The notes beneath the pieces were generated by a model, which did no database searches, had not been told where the DNA came from, and saw only the letters and a program-made list of their open reading frames with translations. A program made the position numbers and the translations under genes. DNA of 64,000 nt, taken from Lama glama. Taxonomy: Eukaryota. The stretch is taken from contig CM052816.1 in the NCBI GenBank assembly GCA_028534125.1, positions 4,094,001 to 4,158,000 on the forward strand, given 5' to 3'. Shown here piece after piece: positions 36,481-50,345 of the stretch. The number at the start of each line of letters is the position of its first letter. Positions within the stretch are counted from its first letter, which is position 1.

Positions 36481-36849
36481 TTCTACCAAAGACAAAGAGA
36501 GTCTTTTTTATAAACCTGCCAAATGGCATAGTCATTATCCTCAGGGAGTTTTCAGTTTGATGAGAATAACAAGACTAACACACAAGAAACAAAAAGAAAG
36601 CACTACAATAACTTCCTAGAGCCAAGGATTTGGAATAACTATTGCCTTCTCACTCCCCAAACCTTTACATTGATGAGATGCCAAGACCAACCTGGTGGAA
36701 ACCTCTTGCCCCAACTTCATGCCCACTCCCACTCCTCCAGCTCTTGTTTTACCTTTTGTCTGTTCACGCATTAACCTCCAAAGGGTTTCTTGGCTTCATG
36801 TCTCTTCAAATTCCCATCTCTCAGTACCAGGGGTCTACAAAGGGGGTTC

Positions 36850-37010
36850 CTAGATTAGTTGCATCAGTATCACCTGAGAACTTGCTAGAAATGCAAATTC
36901 TTTGGCTTCACCAAAGAGCTGCTGAATCAGAAACTGTAAGGATGGAGCCCAGTAATCTGTGTCATACAAGTTTCCCACGAGATGCTGGTGCACACTCCAG
37001 CTGTAGCACC
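36850..37010. mobile_element. MER5A-like hAT MITE
   Basis: catcagtatcacctgagaacttgctagaaatgcaaattc; similar copies near 59030-59150 and 60675-60858. Confidence 0.75.
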
Positions 37011-37479
37011 TTGCTGGATATGGCAGTGTCAGATCAGTCTTCCCAAGGACACAGACTTCTGTCACTCTACTTGCCAATTCTGACTACAGAGTAAATGGTG
37101 ATAGAGCTTCGTATCCTGCTACTGAAGGTCTTCCCTCTACAGTCTCATCCTAGTCTATTCTTCAACTACATTTTGCATTCACAAAATGCTCCAGAAAATT
37201 AAAGTACTTAATTTTCCCCAGACACAATCCATGTTATGATTCTATTCATATGTGTCTCTGCCATCATTCATGCTAATTCCTAAAAGTGCAACGTAATTTC
37301 CTCTTCCTTCCCATCTTCGGCGGCCAAACCCTGCTGAACCTCCAGACCCACTGCCCATCCATGAAACTTCCCTCAGTAGACAACCAACTCCCTCTAAAGA
37401 GGACTGCTTTCTCCTCAGAACATCCAAAGCATTGAACTGGCCCAGTCTTGCCTCATTTCCTGCCTGGGAACCATCAAGA

Positions 37480-37880
37480 GGAATTAGTTTCCATTACAAA
37501 CTACCATGAACTGGGTGACTGGAAATAACAGAACTGTATTCTCTCACAGTTCTGGAGACTAGAAGTCTGAGATTAAGGTGTTGTCAGGGCCATGCCTGTC
37601 TTCTCGGTGTCTGGTGTTGCCAAGGGTCAGGGGTCCTTGTCTCCCAGATGCACCACTCCCATCTCTGCCTCGACAGTCATAGGGCATTTCCCCTGGGCAT
37701 CTTCGTCCATTCTCCTCTTCCTATGAGGACACCAGTCATGGTGCATTAGGACTGATCTCATCTAAACCTCACTATATCTGCAGAGACCCTCTTTCTAAAT
37801 AAGGTCACACTCCTTGATACTGAGAGTATCTCAGTATCTTCAACATATCGTGTCAGGGAACACCACTCAACCCACCATCA
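37480..37880 (-). mobile_element. MaLR LTR (MLT1-like)
   Basis: ttctctcacagttctggagactagaagtctgagattaaggtg...taaataaggtcaca. Confidence 0.85.
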
Positions 37881-40629
37881 CCTGCACATACGACAGAGCA
37901 TCCTTCATCCACAGAAGGCTCCTGGAAGGCAGGCACTCTAGTCATTCCTACTTTCCTTTCCCTGTGCAAACCCCTCACCCTTCCCACGCAATCTTCCCAC
38001 AGGACCTAGTTCTGAAAAAGAACTCCTTTTGCATATTGTAGTTACGTGAATGGAAAACTAAAGGCAGAAGGCAGAAGGCAGAAGGTACCAAGCGCCAGTT
38101 ACACTAACTAGTAATGAAACACTACATGGCGTGAGGTGCTCTACTGAGTTGCCAGGTATTGGGAAGTCAGGGACGTGGGTCTATGAAGGATGAGGAGCTT
38201 AGGAAAGGCTTCACCAAGGTAGACGGGCTTCTTAATGAATGGACATGATTTGAGACAGAGAGAAAAGACAGTATAACTTTCCAAGTAGGGAAATGGTAGG
38301 ATCAAAAGATTGTAGAAAGTTAAATTTAAAAAAAATCTGTGTCAGGAGAACCAGAGCACTAGCCAGCAGATTTGAAATGAAAGGTGGACAACTGAACAGA
38401 AATGGGAAACAATCCATTGATGGTTCTTCTTGTTTGTTCAGTGATCATTGTTTGATTTCTCCTCTATTCCTCCTGCTTGTTTATGATTCCCTAGCTGGCT
38501 TCTAAATTCCATTTCTGAGAGAAGATAATTGAGTTGGCAGCCATAGTGCCCGTGGAACCCTGGACTTCTTTCTCCCGACACTAATCATCTTCCTTTGCTG
38601 GAGGGCAAGCTAGAGTGTGAGGACAAGCACCAAGTCTGGTTCCGCTACTGTAGTATCTCTAATGCTGGCCATATAAACAGGCTCAGTAAACTGACCTGGA
38701 ATGAATGACAAGATAACTATAAGAACGTTTGCCTGTGTGTACATATGCATGTGTGTGTATGTGTGTATCTGTATTTATCAGGGGTCACTCCGTTCTATTA
38801 ACTGTTGCTTCTGGATCATTGGAAAATAATCATTTCATTGTTGCCTTGGGTTCCTAAGTGGTGTTAATTGCTTATCTGACTCCATTTTGTGTCGCTGAGT
38901 CTCCAAACTTGCTTATATTATTAGTCCATTAGACAGGACCCATACTTACTCCTGTTTCATATTCAGTTGAACACAGAATTTGTTTGATCAACATTAAATA
39001 TACCAGATAATACAAACGCAGAGTCTGCTTGTATTCAAATTCAAAGCAGACGAGGAGGTTTAAAATGGTCACCTTAATAAATTAGTTCTTAAATTGCAGT
39101 ATAAAAAGATCAGAGAAGCCCAAAAGCTAAATGAAAAATGTATGATTTTTTTTTCATATCCTCCCACCCCCGCAAAACCTCCTCCAGCATACACATTTAA
39201 AGTGTATTAAACAAGCAGCACATTTGGTTTGTGACTTTGTGCTGAGTCCTATGTCCTCCTAATGGTGAGTATTAACACTGACAATCCTTCTCTGACAAGC
39301 AACAGTAGGTTTGGGACTGCATCATGCTTTATTCTCTTCCTCGTGAAGGAGGATTATTAAATTTTTCACCTTATGATTCAGGTGAAATATTAAATCTCTT
39401 TCAAGAAAAAAAATTCTCCCTAACTTCCTTAGATCTCATGATATGGGATATGTTCATTTCTATGACTCAATTGGATCACTGCCTTCATTATGCATAGAAG
39501 CTTAAGAAAATCAAAAATAATATTCTGACTGATAGAATCCACCACCATTATCATCACAGCAAGCATTTGTTGAATGATTCCTACACACACTAGGCAGTTT
39601 TCAGCACTCATTAAGGCAGAGTGTTAAGTTCTTTAATTTAATTACCGTAATAACGCTATGAGCTGAAAATTACAATCACTATCATTTTACATGGGGAGAA
39701 ACTGAGAATATGAAAGGATAAATAACTCGCCCAAGGTCACATAGCTACTTATTCAAGAAGTCAGATTTTAATTCAGGTCTGGCTGACTCAAGAACGTATG
39801 TGCTATTTGCTAAATCATTTTGTACTTTTTTTTTTTTAACAGAAAAAGGTAAACCATAAGAAACTTGTCTGATTTTAGAAAAAAATAATCATAAACCAAT
39901 GTTCAAGGGCTATTTCTGGGCTGAGTGCACATTCTACCTCATCTTCAATACTCCCATCATGGCCATCAACGTGACATAAAAATACTTGTCTTTGTGGCTA
40001 AACATGTTTACTTAAACATTTAAATATATATGTACATATTTATATTAATATTAGTCAGCAGTACAACTATTTCTTTTTACCTAAATCTTGAATCTTGACT
40101 GATACATTATACAAAAAAATAGTAGCACGGTCTTAGCCCTTATTTGTTCATTCATTCATTTATTCATTTAAAAAATATGTATTCAGCATATTAAGTACCT
40201 ACCAGGTATGAGGTTTGATGGAGAGCACGTTGCATATTAAAATGTGATCGCTTTCATCTAAGGGACGGACTGATATCATCATGATATTTGCTATTCAACT
40301 GCCATCATATCCTAGTAAAATGAGAATCAGTTTTGGACCCATGAAAGTTGTGGGGCAGGAGGCATACTCCTACTGGCACCATTCTGTGTCACTGACCCCC
40401 AAGTGGACAGGTCCTCAAAGAACCTTTCTATTCATTCAAAATTCATTCTCAAGGATTGCTTTTGAGGGAAGGGGCCAAAACGCTTTTCTGTTTCTAAAAC
40501 TGCATCACATTTGCTGACCCTGTTTGAAATACCAAAGGGATGTCACCAAAATGCCTTTCTTCATTTGAGAAAAAAATCTGGCTGGTTGGTAGCAGATAAA
40601 ATCAGGTACATAGGAATTGTGGATTAAGC

Positions 40630-41225
40630 TCAGGGTCTGCAAATTATGACCTGTGGGCTTGAACCCAGCCTACCACTTGCTTTTATAAATAAAGTTTTGT
40701 TGGAACACAGGCACAATCATTCATTTACATATTGTCTATGTTCAAGGGCTATTTCTGGGCTGAGTGCAGACTAAATCCCAACTTTTTTTTTTTTTTTAGT
40801 GGGGGAGGTAATTAGGTTTGTTTGTTTGTTTGTTTATTAATGGAGGTGCTGGGGATTGAACCCAGGACCTCGTGCATGCTAGGCACACACTCCACCACTG
40901 ACCTATACCCTCCCCTCTAACCCCAACTTTAATACTCCAATTGTGGCCATCAACAGTCATGTAACCCAGAAATTTTATAAGATTCGGGGGAAAAAATGAA
41001 GTGAAAATACTTGTCTTTCTGGCCAGCCACAAATAAACAAATAATTTTAAGAGTTTATCTACTATCAAATAAATATTTACTTATATGTATTTTAATGTTA
41101 GTCAGCAGTACAACAATGTTTGCATGACAATGGTAGAGCTGAGTCATGGCAGACACCATATGGCAGGCAAAGTCTAAAATGTTTACTACCTGGCCCTTAA
41201 AACTACAGTTTGCCAAGTCTTTCCC
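40630..41225. mobile_element. MER58-like hAT MITE, interrupted by a local duplication and a SINE
   Basis: cagggtctgcaaattatgacc...aataaagttttgttggaacacag...; resumes ...aaaatgtttactacctggccctt. Confidence 0.8.
40783..40918 (-). mobile_element. tRNA-derived SINE (camelid Vic-1-like)
   Basis: gggggaggtaattagg(tttg)n...ggggattgaacccaggacctcgtgcatgctaggc; flanking cccaacttt repeat. Confidence 0.9.
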
Positions 41226-41427
41226 TAAACCATCAGTCAAATTCTTCCTGAAGAGCCATACTGCACTATGCCTGGACTCTTTTGCAGCTGCCTATTCAGA
41301 AGAGGTTACCTTGGGAACTCTATCTAATAGAACCCCGGTACTAAGGAATACAAGGTAACATTATCCTTGGAATCAGTTGTGATTTGGGCTTGATACCACC
41401 AGGGGGCTGATGATTGAACTCAACTAA

Positions 41428-41568
41428 TTTCTTTTTTGTTGTTTTTGTTTGGGGAGGAGGTAATTAGTTTTGTTTATTTTTTTAAATAGAGGTAGTAGGG
41501 ATTCAACCAAGGACTTTCTGCATGCTAAGCATGTGCTCTACCACTAAGCTATACAACCCTCCGCCCCA
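41428..41568 (-). mobile_element. tRNA-derived SINE (camelid Vic-1-like)
   Basis: ggaggtaattag...gggattcaaccaaggac...catgctaagcatgtgctctaccactaagcta. Confidence 0.85.
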
Positions 41569-44500
41569 AATAATTTCATTTAGGTCTTTTTAAGGACTAA
41601 GTCCTTGAAAAGCTTAGGTTCAAAGAATTCGTTCATATACAAAAGATAGTCTGTATAACTGAAAGTGTACAGATTCACATGGTGATATGTTTACACTCTG
41701 GATCTGACCCCTGGCTGCGTCTGAGTTTGCTAACTCCTCCTTATCCTGGGAGCTCAGACTAAATACTGCACCCCTTGACTCTAACACGCTCCTTGTTCTA
41801 GGATTTCATACATCCCTTTCACCCAGAACATGTATCTCAAGTTGTTTTCATACACTTGTAACTGATTATTTGACTAATATTTGTTCTGAATAAACTGTCG
41901 CCTTTATGAGAATGATCACCACGTCAATTTCTTGTTCCTTAACACATTCCTAGAGCTTACTACAGTGTGGGACACAGAGTATGCCCTCAACAAACAGCTT
42001 TTGACTGATATTTACTGTCTATCTAGCAATGAGCACTTACTGCTGCTTCCCACGCACAGTACTAGGTTGCGTATCTCTTTTCACCTGCCTCAGAGCCTGG
42101 CAATGGGGCTTGCATTTATCAGAAATTCAGCGACTGCTCTTTGATAAATTGAAAACCCAACCCAGTTTGATCTAACAACAGCCGACAAGAGCCACCATCT
42201 CTGCTCCTCATTTTACAGACAATGATGTCACCCAGTAGCTAAAAAAACTTGGTGACAGCTGTTACTTCACATGAGTGATAATATTTTCATCCCCTAGCCT
42301 TCTAAAATCAAGGGCCAATAGACTGTTAAAACAGCATGAACCAAACTACCACCAGACGGCAATTCTCTCCTTGTCACCCAGCAGTCACTGCTGCTATATT
42401 CCAACAGCCTGCCTTTCTGAATGTGCTCTTTGCAGACACTGAAATTGGGCAAGGCAGGGAGGGTAGTGGCAAGCAGCACACTTTTCAGCAATTTCAATGA
42501 TAATAAAGGTTTACCCATAAGACCACCACGAGGGAGATGAGAAAAAAAATGATGCTAATCCCAGCGGTGAGAAAGGAAATGTAGAAATTATCTCAGTGTT
42601 GATCAAAATACGTTCCATGAAATAGGAGTACTGAAAGTTGCTTCATGAAGGGAGAGTTCTATGAGCAAATGAATTTGGGAAAAACTCCAAAGAACGGGCC
42701 CACCGTGAAGATGGGCAAAATATGCTGCCACATTCAAAGCACCAAAAAATTTCCTCCAGTTTGAAAAATGTGATACAGTTGGACTTGAGTAGTAGAGATT
42801 GCTGGTGCTCATTCACATCTTGGTTTTTCCACCTCTTCTATGCAGAGGAAGATTCTCAGCCCTTAGGCGGTACCCTATGACTGGTTCCAATCAATGAAAT
42901 GCGAGTGTGTCTGATAAGTGTCTCTTTCAGGCTGCAGCAAAGAAAGGTTTCTGTGTGAACTCCCAGCTCTCTTACTTCCTGCAGGGACATCACGAACACT
43001 ATGGTATTAGAGTGACAGAGCCATGTGATGGAAGTCCCATCACTAAGTCACCATATGGAAGCCTGCTGCGCTGGAAAATCCTCCAGGTGCCCTAGGAATA
43101 GGACTTCGCAGAAGCAAGGATTAAAAAAAAAAAACAAAACCTTTTCTGAATTGTGCCGCTGATATTTGGGAATTAATTTGCTACCATAGCATAGCCTATC
43201 CTAACTCACCACGTGTTTCTTCAATTGATTTAACCCCAGAATTCTTTATTCCCATAAAAGGAAATCATATCAAAGGGAAAAATCATTACAGGGAAATACT
43301 TTGGAAATCTCTCTGATATTTAAAATAGAGTTTTTTCAGGAGCCATGGCTATAGCGTTTTAAACAAACATAGTCCCACCTGCAAGAGAGCTGGAGAATCC
43401 AGTCAGGCAACTCAAAATTGGAAGAGAGGGAGTAGAAACCAGACAAGTGGGCTGGAAATCCCAAAACAGAGTTCTCTCTGCTTCCACCTCCCCTACAAAC
43501 TTTCTCAGTGTTGTAGACCACTGTTTCTTCCTTCAACGATCTATTTAGCAAGCACTGTACACATCCTGAGGGCACTGCATGGTATGACACACAACTTGTG
43601 ACTGACATTTTACCTCTGTCTTCCTCGATCATGCACTCTGGTGGGCTATCTTCTCCACCAAAGATGCACTGCCTGTCTGTCTCTTGGCTTTTACCTCAAA
43701 CTGCCCCATCTTGATAACCATCCATTCACTTCTACAGAGGAGAAGCTGGAAGTGTCACAGCTTCCTGCACCTCCTGATACTGATATCAGCACAGCTGGAA
43801 CCCCAGAAAGCCTGGCCAGTGGCCATGGCTGATGGAATCACCATCACTGTGGGAGGCAATGGGAGCAGGAGCCAACCACAGGGCAACGAGAACCAAGGGA
43901 TGCCCTGTCCCAAGAGCCTTTGCTATGGGGATGTTTGACCCTGTACTGCAACCAGACACCCAGCCAGACCTTTCTTCTTGTGAAGCTTGAACGGCAGAAA
44001 GAGAGCCAGGTGAGTGGTAGCATCAGAAGCAACTGCAATCTGAGCAAAGCTGAGATAGACACAGGAGATGTGAATGTGACAAAGCCTCTTGAAAAGTCAA
44101 ACCTGCTAGATATCTGAAGATGTACTGAGTCAATAACATGACTGGCCATCCTGAATGATGGTCCAGATCTCCATGGCTCCCTGCTGTGGCATTCCTAAGA
44201 CAGCTGCCTGAATGTTCTCACACTTCCTCTAGGTAACCTGAGCCTGTCTCAATCCCTTGGCAACTAAAGAAGCCACCAGTACTTATCAAATTCATATTCC
44301 AAGTTTCTTGAGAAGGTGACCAGATGCTGGCCATTTTACTAAGTCCTCCATAGTGCTAACCACATAGTAGATGCATGACTCATTAATTTTAAGAAATACT
44401 TATTGAGATACCTACTCAATGTTAGCTGCAGACACCTTTAATGAGCTAGAGATACCCCTGGTCTTTGAGAGCTCCTATTCTGATTTGAATTTCAACTCTA

Positions 44501-45649
44501 ATAGTTGATTGGTTGGGTGACAGGAATATTGTGCACAGTCCTTGGCAACATGGAGACACTGTTTTAATGTGCAAAGCGGGCATAAAACAACTAAAGAACC
44601 GTGTGTGGCACGTGGAGTCAAACCCTTCTTTAGTAACTACCATTTAGTGAGCTCCTACTGTACGCCAGGCACACACACTTGTGGATGCTTACATATGCTT
44701 TCTAATTCAGTCCTTCCAAGAATCCCAAGTCAGACATGCCATCATTCCTAATTCACAAGTGAGGAAATGGAGGCTCAGAGAGTTTAGATAATCTGCCCAA
44801 AGTATGTGAGTCACAGAATCATAATTCAAGTTGTTTTTGTGTAGCTGTTTCTCATTCTAATTTTGTGCTCTTTCCACTGTGCTACACTTAGGGAAAAAAA
44901 GATGAGCTTTTAGCCAGGAAACAAAGAAGTGACAGCTGGGGTGGAAAAGCCCACAGTTGTACCATATTTTCACTGTGCAATTCATAGTAATCTGACAGCA
45001 GATTATTTTCCAGAGTGAGTTTCTCACAGAGTAGGGAAAAAGTAATTACTATCTGATTCTACCTCTATCTTTTTATTTTGGTATGACAAAAAATGAAGAA
45101 GAAGAAGAAAATTAAAGGCAAGATCACACTGAGTATTATGTTTTGAAACAATTTAGAAACATTCACTGGAAGGTAACTTTGTTCCACTTATTTCTTCCAA
45201 AAGAAATAGGTCGAACTTTCTGCCAAAAAAATCCTTATCTACTGCCCTGAAAATAAATTTCTATCCATTACTAGGAAATTATAACAAATCTATGTTAACC
45301 CACTTTTTTTCTATAATTGAGGTTAGACGGCATGTTTACATACTCTGATAATATTGTAAAAAATTAAACATTGAGAAATGCTGGAGTTATTATTCCTTCA
45401 GAGGAGAAACTATTTATCATCTCATTTTAGAGGTCACAGTCGGCCCTTTACAGTAATTCTTTTACATGATACTTAAATGTCTGAAGAATAGCAATTAATA
45501 AACAGGATATAATTTCACACTTCTCTTGTCCTAAAGGTAAGCTTATTTTAGGACTTAAGTCTCTAAGGTATCTTTAGAAGCTGCTGAAATCACTACACAG
45601 CAATAAAGGTAAAACATCATCATCATTTATACGGCAATAAAATTCAGCA

Positions 45650-46025
45650 ATTATTTGGCAATAAAAAAGGAAAGTACCGATACATGTTACAACATGGATG
45701 GACCCTGAAAACCTTATGTTCGCGAAGGAACCCAGACACAATAATCATATATTGTATGATTCCGCTTATATAAAATGTCCAAAAGAGGCAAAGCCCTAGA
45801 GGTAGGAAGTATATTGGTGGCTTTGAGGGGATGGGGAGTGAGCAGGTAGAAGTGGGGGATGACAGCTCATGGGTACTCGGTTTCCTTCTGGGGCGATGTA
45901 AATGTTCTGCAATTGACTGAGATGACAGTTTCACAACTAAATATACTAAAGAACCACAGAATTGTCCACTTAAATTAGGGAACTGTATGGTCCGTGAACT
46001 ACGTGTCAGTAAAGCTGTTGTATTA
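45650..46025 (+). mobile_element. Old L1 (L1MB/MC-type) 3' end
   Basis: caacatggatggaccctgaaaacc...atgattccgcttatataaaatgtcc...gtaaagctgtt. Confidence 0.8.
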
Positions 46026-47576
46026 AACATCATTACCAACAGCGCCCAATGGCAACCTCTCCGTGAACTACTCTTCTCATCTCCGGCGCTGAGACCACAC
46101 AACTTCCTGAGGCTCCTGAGGGTCTCACCCACGCCCGGCCATTCCTGCTCTTCCCACCGCTCAGCCTCCTGCCTTCCATCTCTGCCGCTCCCTCTCACTC
46201 ACCACCCTGGGCTCACACCAGGGTTAACTCTCATCCTGAACAGCAGAGTGCCGCTCTCACGTGACCACAGGAAGCCATCCCTGACTCAGAATTATCCCCG
46301 CAAAGCACTCATGACCGCCTTGTGCTCCCACACATGTATTTAGGCTTTTATTATTGTTCAAGGTGTCTCCACTCTTGCCTGTTCCTCCAGACAGTAGCAC
46401 GACACCTGGCAGATAAACATTTCAGAATGCTCAGTAAACATTTCAGAAACGAGTGACATGTTTAGTCAAACTCTTTTTTCATCATAAAAGGCTTTTCTCT
46501 CCCTCTTTGTTTTTCTATCAAAGAAAGGTACTTAGAATTTCTGTTAAAAACTTGCAAGTAAACTGTTATTCAGGGACATGCTAATGGATCTTTGGTTATT
46601 AACACAACATCAAACAGATCTTTTTTTTCCCCCCCTGGCAATTTCTTCCAGAAGACAGATGTCCTCCAGGAAAATAACCTACAGAATTGTTAAGATAAGT
46701 TGTGGCTGAAGGAAGAAACAACTTTTCTTTACATGACCAACGCCTGTTTGATTTCCTGGGAAACTCTGGCCTGTGCTTTGTTCCGGGCATAATCGCACAG
46801 CACGTATCTCCAGAGGGCCAGCTGTGTTTAGAAGCAGAACACAGCAGTTAGGGGTGAGTTCAGACTCAGCCTCAGAAACAAGAGTTCAAATACAGCCTCC
46901 TTCTTTTGCAAGTTACTTGACCTCTTTAAGCTTCAGTTTCCTCGAGTATAAGATGAAAATAAGAGTACCCAACCCCACGAGGTTGTTCTGAGGACTAAAT
47001 GAGATACATCTACAAAGCAATTAATCTAGAATTGATAAGGACAGTGACTCATTCTCCCATCACGAAGCCTGCAGGCCTTTGAGGGAAGGGGTGGTGATGA
47101 ACAGACACCAATAAACATAATTATAATTTAAGACAGAAAACAATCTCATTGCTAGGGATTGGTTCTACTAGTATCTTTGCAAAAGTTCTCCAAAGTTCTC
47201 CATTATAAACATTTAAGAGTGTTTTCTATAATAAGCAGCATTGATTGTAACAGATTTTTTTTTTTACAGCAACGGAAAACAACTGAAATATCCATTAAGA
47301 CAGGATCTGTTAGTTAAATTATGGTGTGCCCATATGATCTGAGAGGGTGTGGTTAAAAACATGAAACAAGCTGTATAAAAACTTAGGAACAGTGAAGTTC
47401 TTAGCTCCCTCGGTCTTTTCCTAAGGTTTGCAGTTTCATCTTTAATTAAGAACAAAGAAGCAATGGCATTTCTCGTGTATTCTTCAAAATTGTTCAACAA
47501 AGATATTTACATTAAAAAATGAAGAGGAGGTATATATGTTCAGTTAGCATTTAAAGATATTTCAGATGCATCACTG

Positions 47577-47670
47577 AGTGAAATGAGTAAAGAATAAAAT
47601 AATATGTACAATATAAACCCTCTAGTGAAATGAGTAAAGAATAAAATAATATGTACAATATAAACCCTCT
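47577..47670. repeat. Perfect 47-bp tandem duplication
   Basis: agtgaaatgagtaaagaataaaataatatgtacaatataaaccctct, twice. Confidence 0.95.
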
Positions 47671-49964
47671 TGTGTACATTAAAAAATGGCACAGATAGGT
47701 CATATCTAGTTGGAAGAATCAGAGACTGTTTCACAGTCGATCTGAGCAACAGGAGATGGAAAACCTGAGAAGGGAATTGCAAGCCGAGGGCAGAGTGGGC
47801 CCACGGGCTTGGAGGTAGACATGCACAGGGAGACAGGTGAGTCTGTCACTTCCAGAGGCAAAGGGTCAAGGAAGGTGCACAGGGAGCAGGAGCTGAGGGT
47901 CGAGACAGGAGTCGGGCTGATCATGCCGGACTTTCAATGGCAGGTCTAGGCACCTGGACTTGGCCTAGCAGGCAATGGGGAGGTACGGAAGATTTGTAAA
48001 GAAGGGCTGAAACGGTCCAAGCTGCACGTCAGCGATGGCCGTGCGGAGGGATACGCAGGCAGGAGCGGAGGGAGAAAGGCATGAAGAGGCATGAAGAGGA
48101 CCGGTAAAGGGGCCGGTAGGATGCTACTACAAGTTGCCCGGTTTCTCCCTCTGCATTTTACATCTGCCGTGTCAATAAAGCTTCAGTTTTACTTCCTAAT
48201 ATACTGTGTTTGCTGCTTTCATGCGAAATAAGCCACATGAATGGAGTCAGTGAGTCCCTTCCAAAATTCCTCATAGACGCTCCACACATCCTGAAATTAC
48301 CTATCTCCATTCAATAATCAAATTCTCGGCAGATACCATTTTTCAAAGAAATGTGATTTTGCCTGTTAAATGAAAGGAAGTGAGATCATTAAAACAGTTC
48401 CCTAAGTAATATATTTTAAATGAAAGACTCTTTTGAGTCTTTGGGGGAAAAAAATCAAAAGTTAAACTGAAACATCCAGGGAAAACTCAAATTAATATGT
48501 TAATTCTGTCAACATTCAAGGTTCTGAGTCCAAACCTAGAAGTAACAGAGCGTACGGTGATTTAGAGCTCCTTAGCCGTAATTTTAACTGTATTTGTTGA
48601 AATCACAAAAGAAGCATCGCCAGTGAAGTTTGCATTACTCTTTCAATGTGAAATATGCAAGTGTTCGAATTTCTCTGTTTTGTTTTGGAGGTGGGCTTAT
48701 CACACCAGGAGCCATCAGTGATTTTCATTAAATGTGTCAAACGAGGCTGAGCTGGGAAATAGGTGATGGATTAATATGTAGCAGTTTTGTCCTTACGGTG
48801 ACAAATGTAATGTCTTTCTGTGGACATTATGTATCTCCCTGTCTGACAGATTTTTCTCTATGAAAAAGATAATGAACCTTTCGAATTATAATAAATGAAA
48901 TTACATGGTTAAAACTCGATGAAACTCTTAGAAAAATTATACAGCACCAACTGCTGAGATTTAAGTTTCCTATTTCTCTGTTCCCACTTGAGAAATTGTC
49001 ATCAGGGCTTTGGTGAGAAAAAAAGTAAATGTTTGTGTGTGATACTGAACTAGGTTTAGAAGAAGGGAACTGGCTATAAGAGACAAAATGGCCTGTACTC
49101 CACTCTTGTGGGGGTTAAAGAGTTTTAAAATCTGTTTCCAAGATCTCAGCTTTGTGCTCAACACTCACTAGGAGAATGGGAGATATTTATTGGATGGATG
49201 GACAGATGGATGATGTAGAGATGGCTAACGGATTGAGGAATGAATACCCTTCCTCTCTATGGCCTTCATCCCATTAAAAATAATTCACCAATATGTGTGT
49301 AATCATACCATACAGAAATATGATATGTTTAGAAAAGTTAACAGTATCTGTGAAACCCATGTGTTTGTATCTAATATCTGTCTGTCTATCCGTCTGTCTT
49401 TAAACATACATACTAACATATCTCATATATAGTTATTTCTACATTTGTTTTTAAAGTATCGAGTTACAGATCATCTTTTAACAATATATGAACACTAATT
49501 AGGAGGTATAATGTAGGTAGTACAGGTATAAATTTATTTTTCGTTTTAAGGATGGACTAATATAGGCATTCCCATTTAAGTCTGGAGTAGGATGGCAATT
49601 CCCACTGTCAAAATGATGATCTTACTGTGAATTAAAAATTCAACAGAAATCTTAAGACAGGTAATTATGGTTCATTTTGTTCTGTTTTCTTCAATACAAT
49701 CTGTTATATAATTACATTATGGCTAATGCAATAAATCAAGAAAAGATATAGAACAGATAGAAATAAGAGAATCAATATGAATGCATTCCTGGAGGGCATT
49801 AGGCTGAGTGAAGTTAAGTCAGACAGAGGAAGATACATACTTCACTTATATGTGAAATATAAAGAATAAAACAAACTAGTGAGTGTTGCTCTGCTGTCTG
49901 TAAGCTTTGTGACCAAAACACAAGTCATAAACTCTCGAAGTCACAGTTTCCTGAACTATGGTGT

Positions 49965-50345
49965 ACGGATAATACAATCCGTAATCCACAATTCTGAAAT
50001 CAAAAGACCTGAAAAATAAGAGGTCTTCAGAACTTGTCTGGTCGCAAACCTGACCTGGCATGAACCCACCTGGTAGTATAAGGTGACCTGAACCAACATG
50101 GGACCAGGGATGATCTTTATTTATTCCATTTAGGAAGATGATGTATTTATTCCACGTCGGATGATGTGTATATGTTCCACATGTTGTTTTGATATTAAAA
50201 AACCAACATGTTTTGATGACAGAGCGCTGCCCAAGATCCCAGCAGGAGAAGCACATTGTACTGCTTTTCTAAAATTAAAAAAAAAAATTCTAAATTCTGA
50301 AACACATCTGGCTTGTAGGGTTTGGATAAAGGACCGAAGACTGCA
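49965..50345. mobile_element. Tigger-derived MITE (MER46C-like)
   Basis: aattctgaaacacatctggc...gggtttggataaagga terminal pattern. Confidence 0.55.

Noticed and set aside
40840..40918. tRNA gene
   Set aside because: It is the tRNA-like head of a SINE with a tail and flanking repeat.
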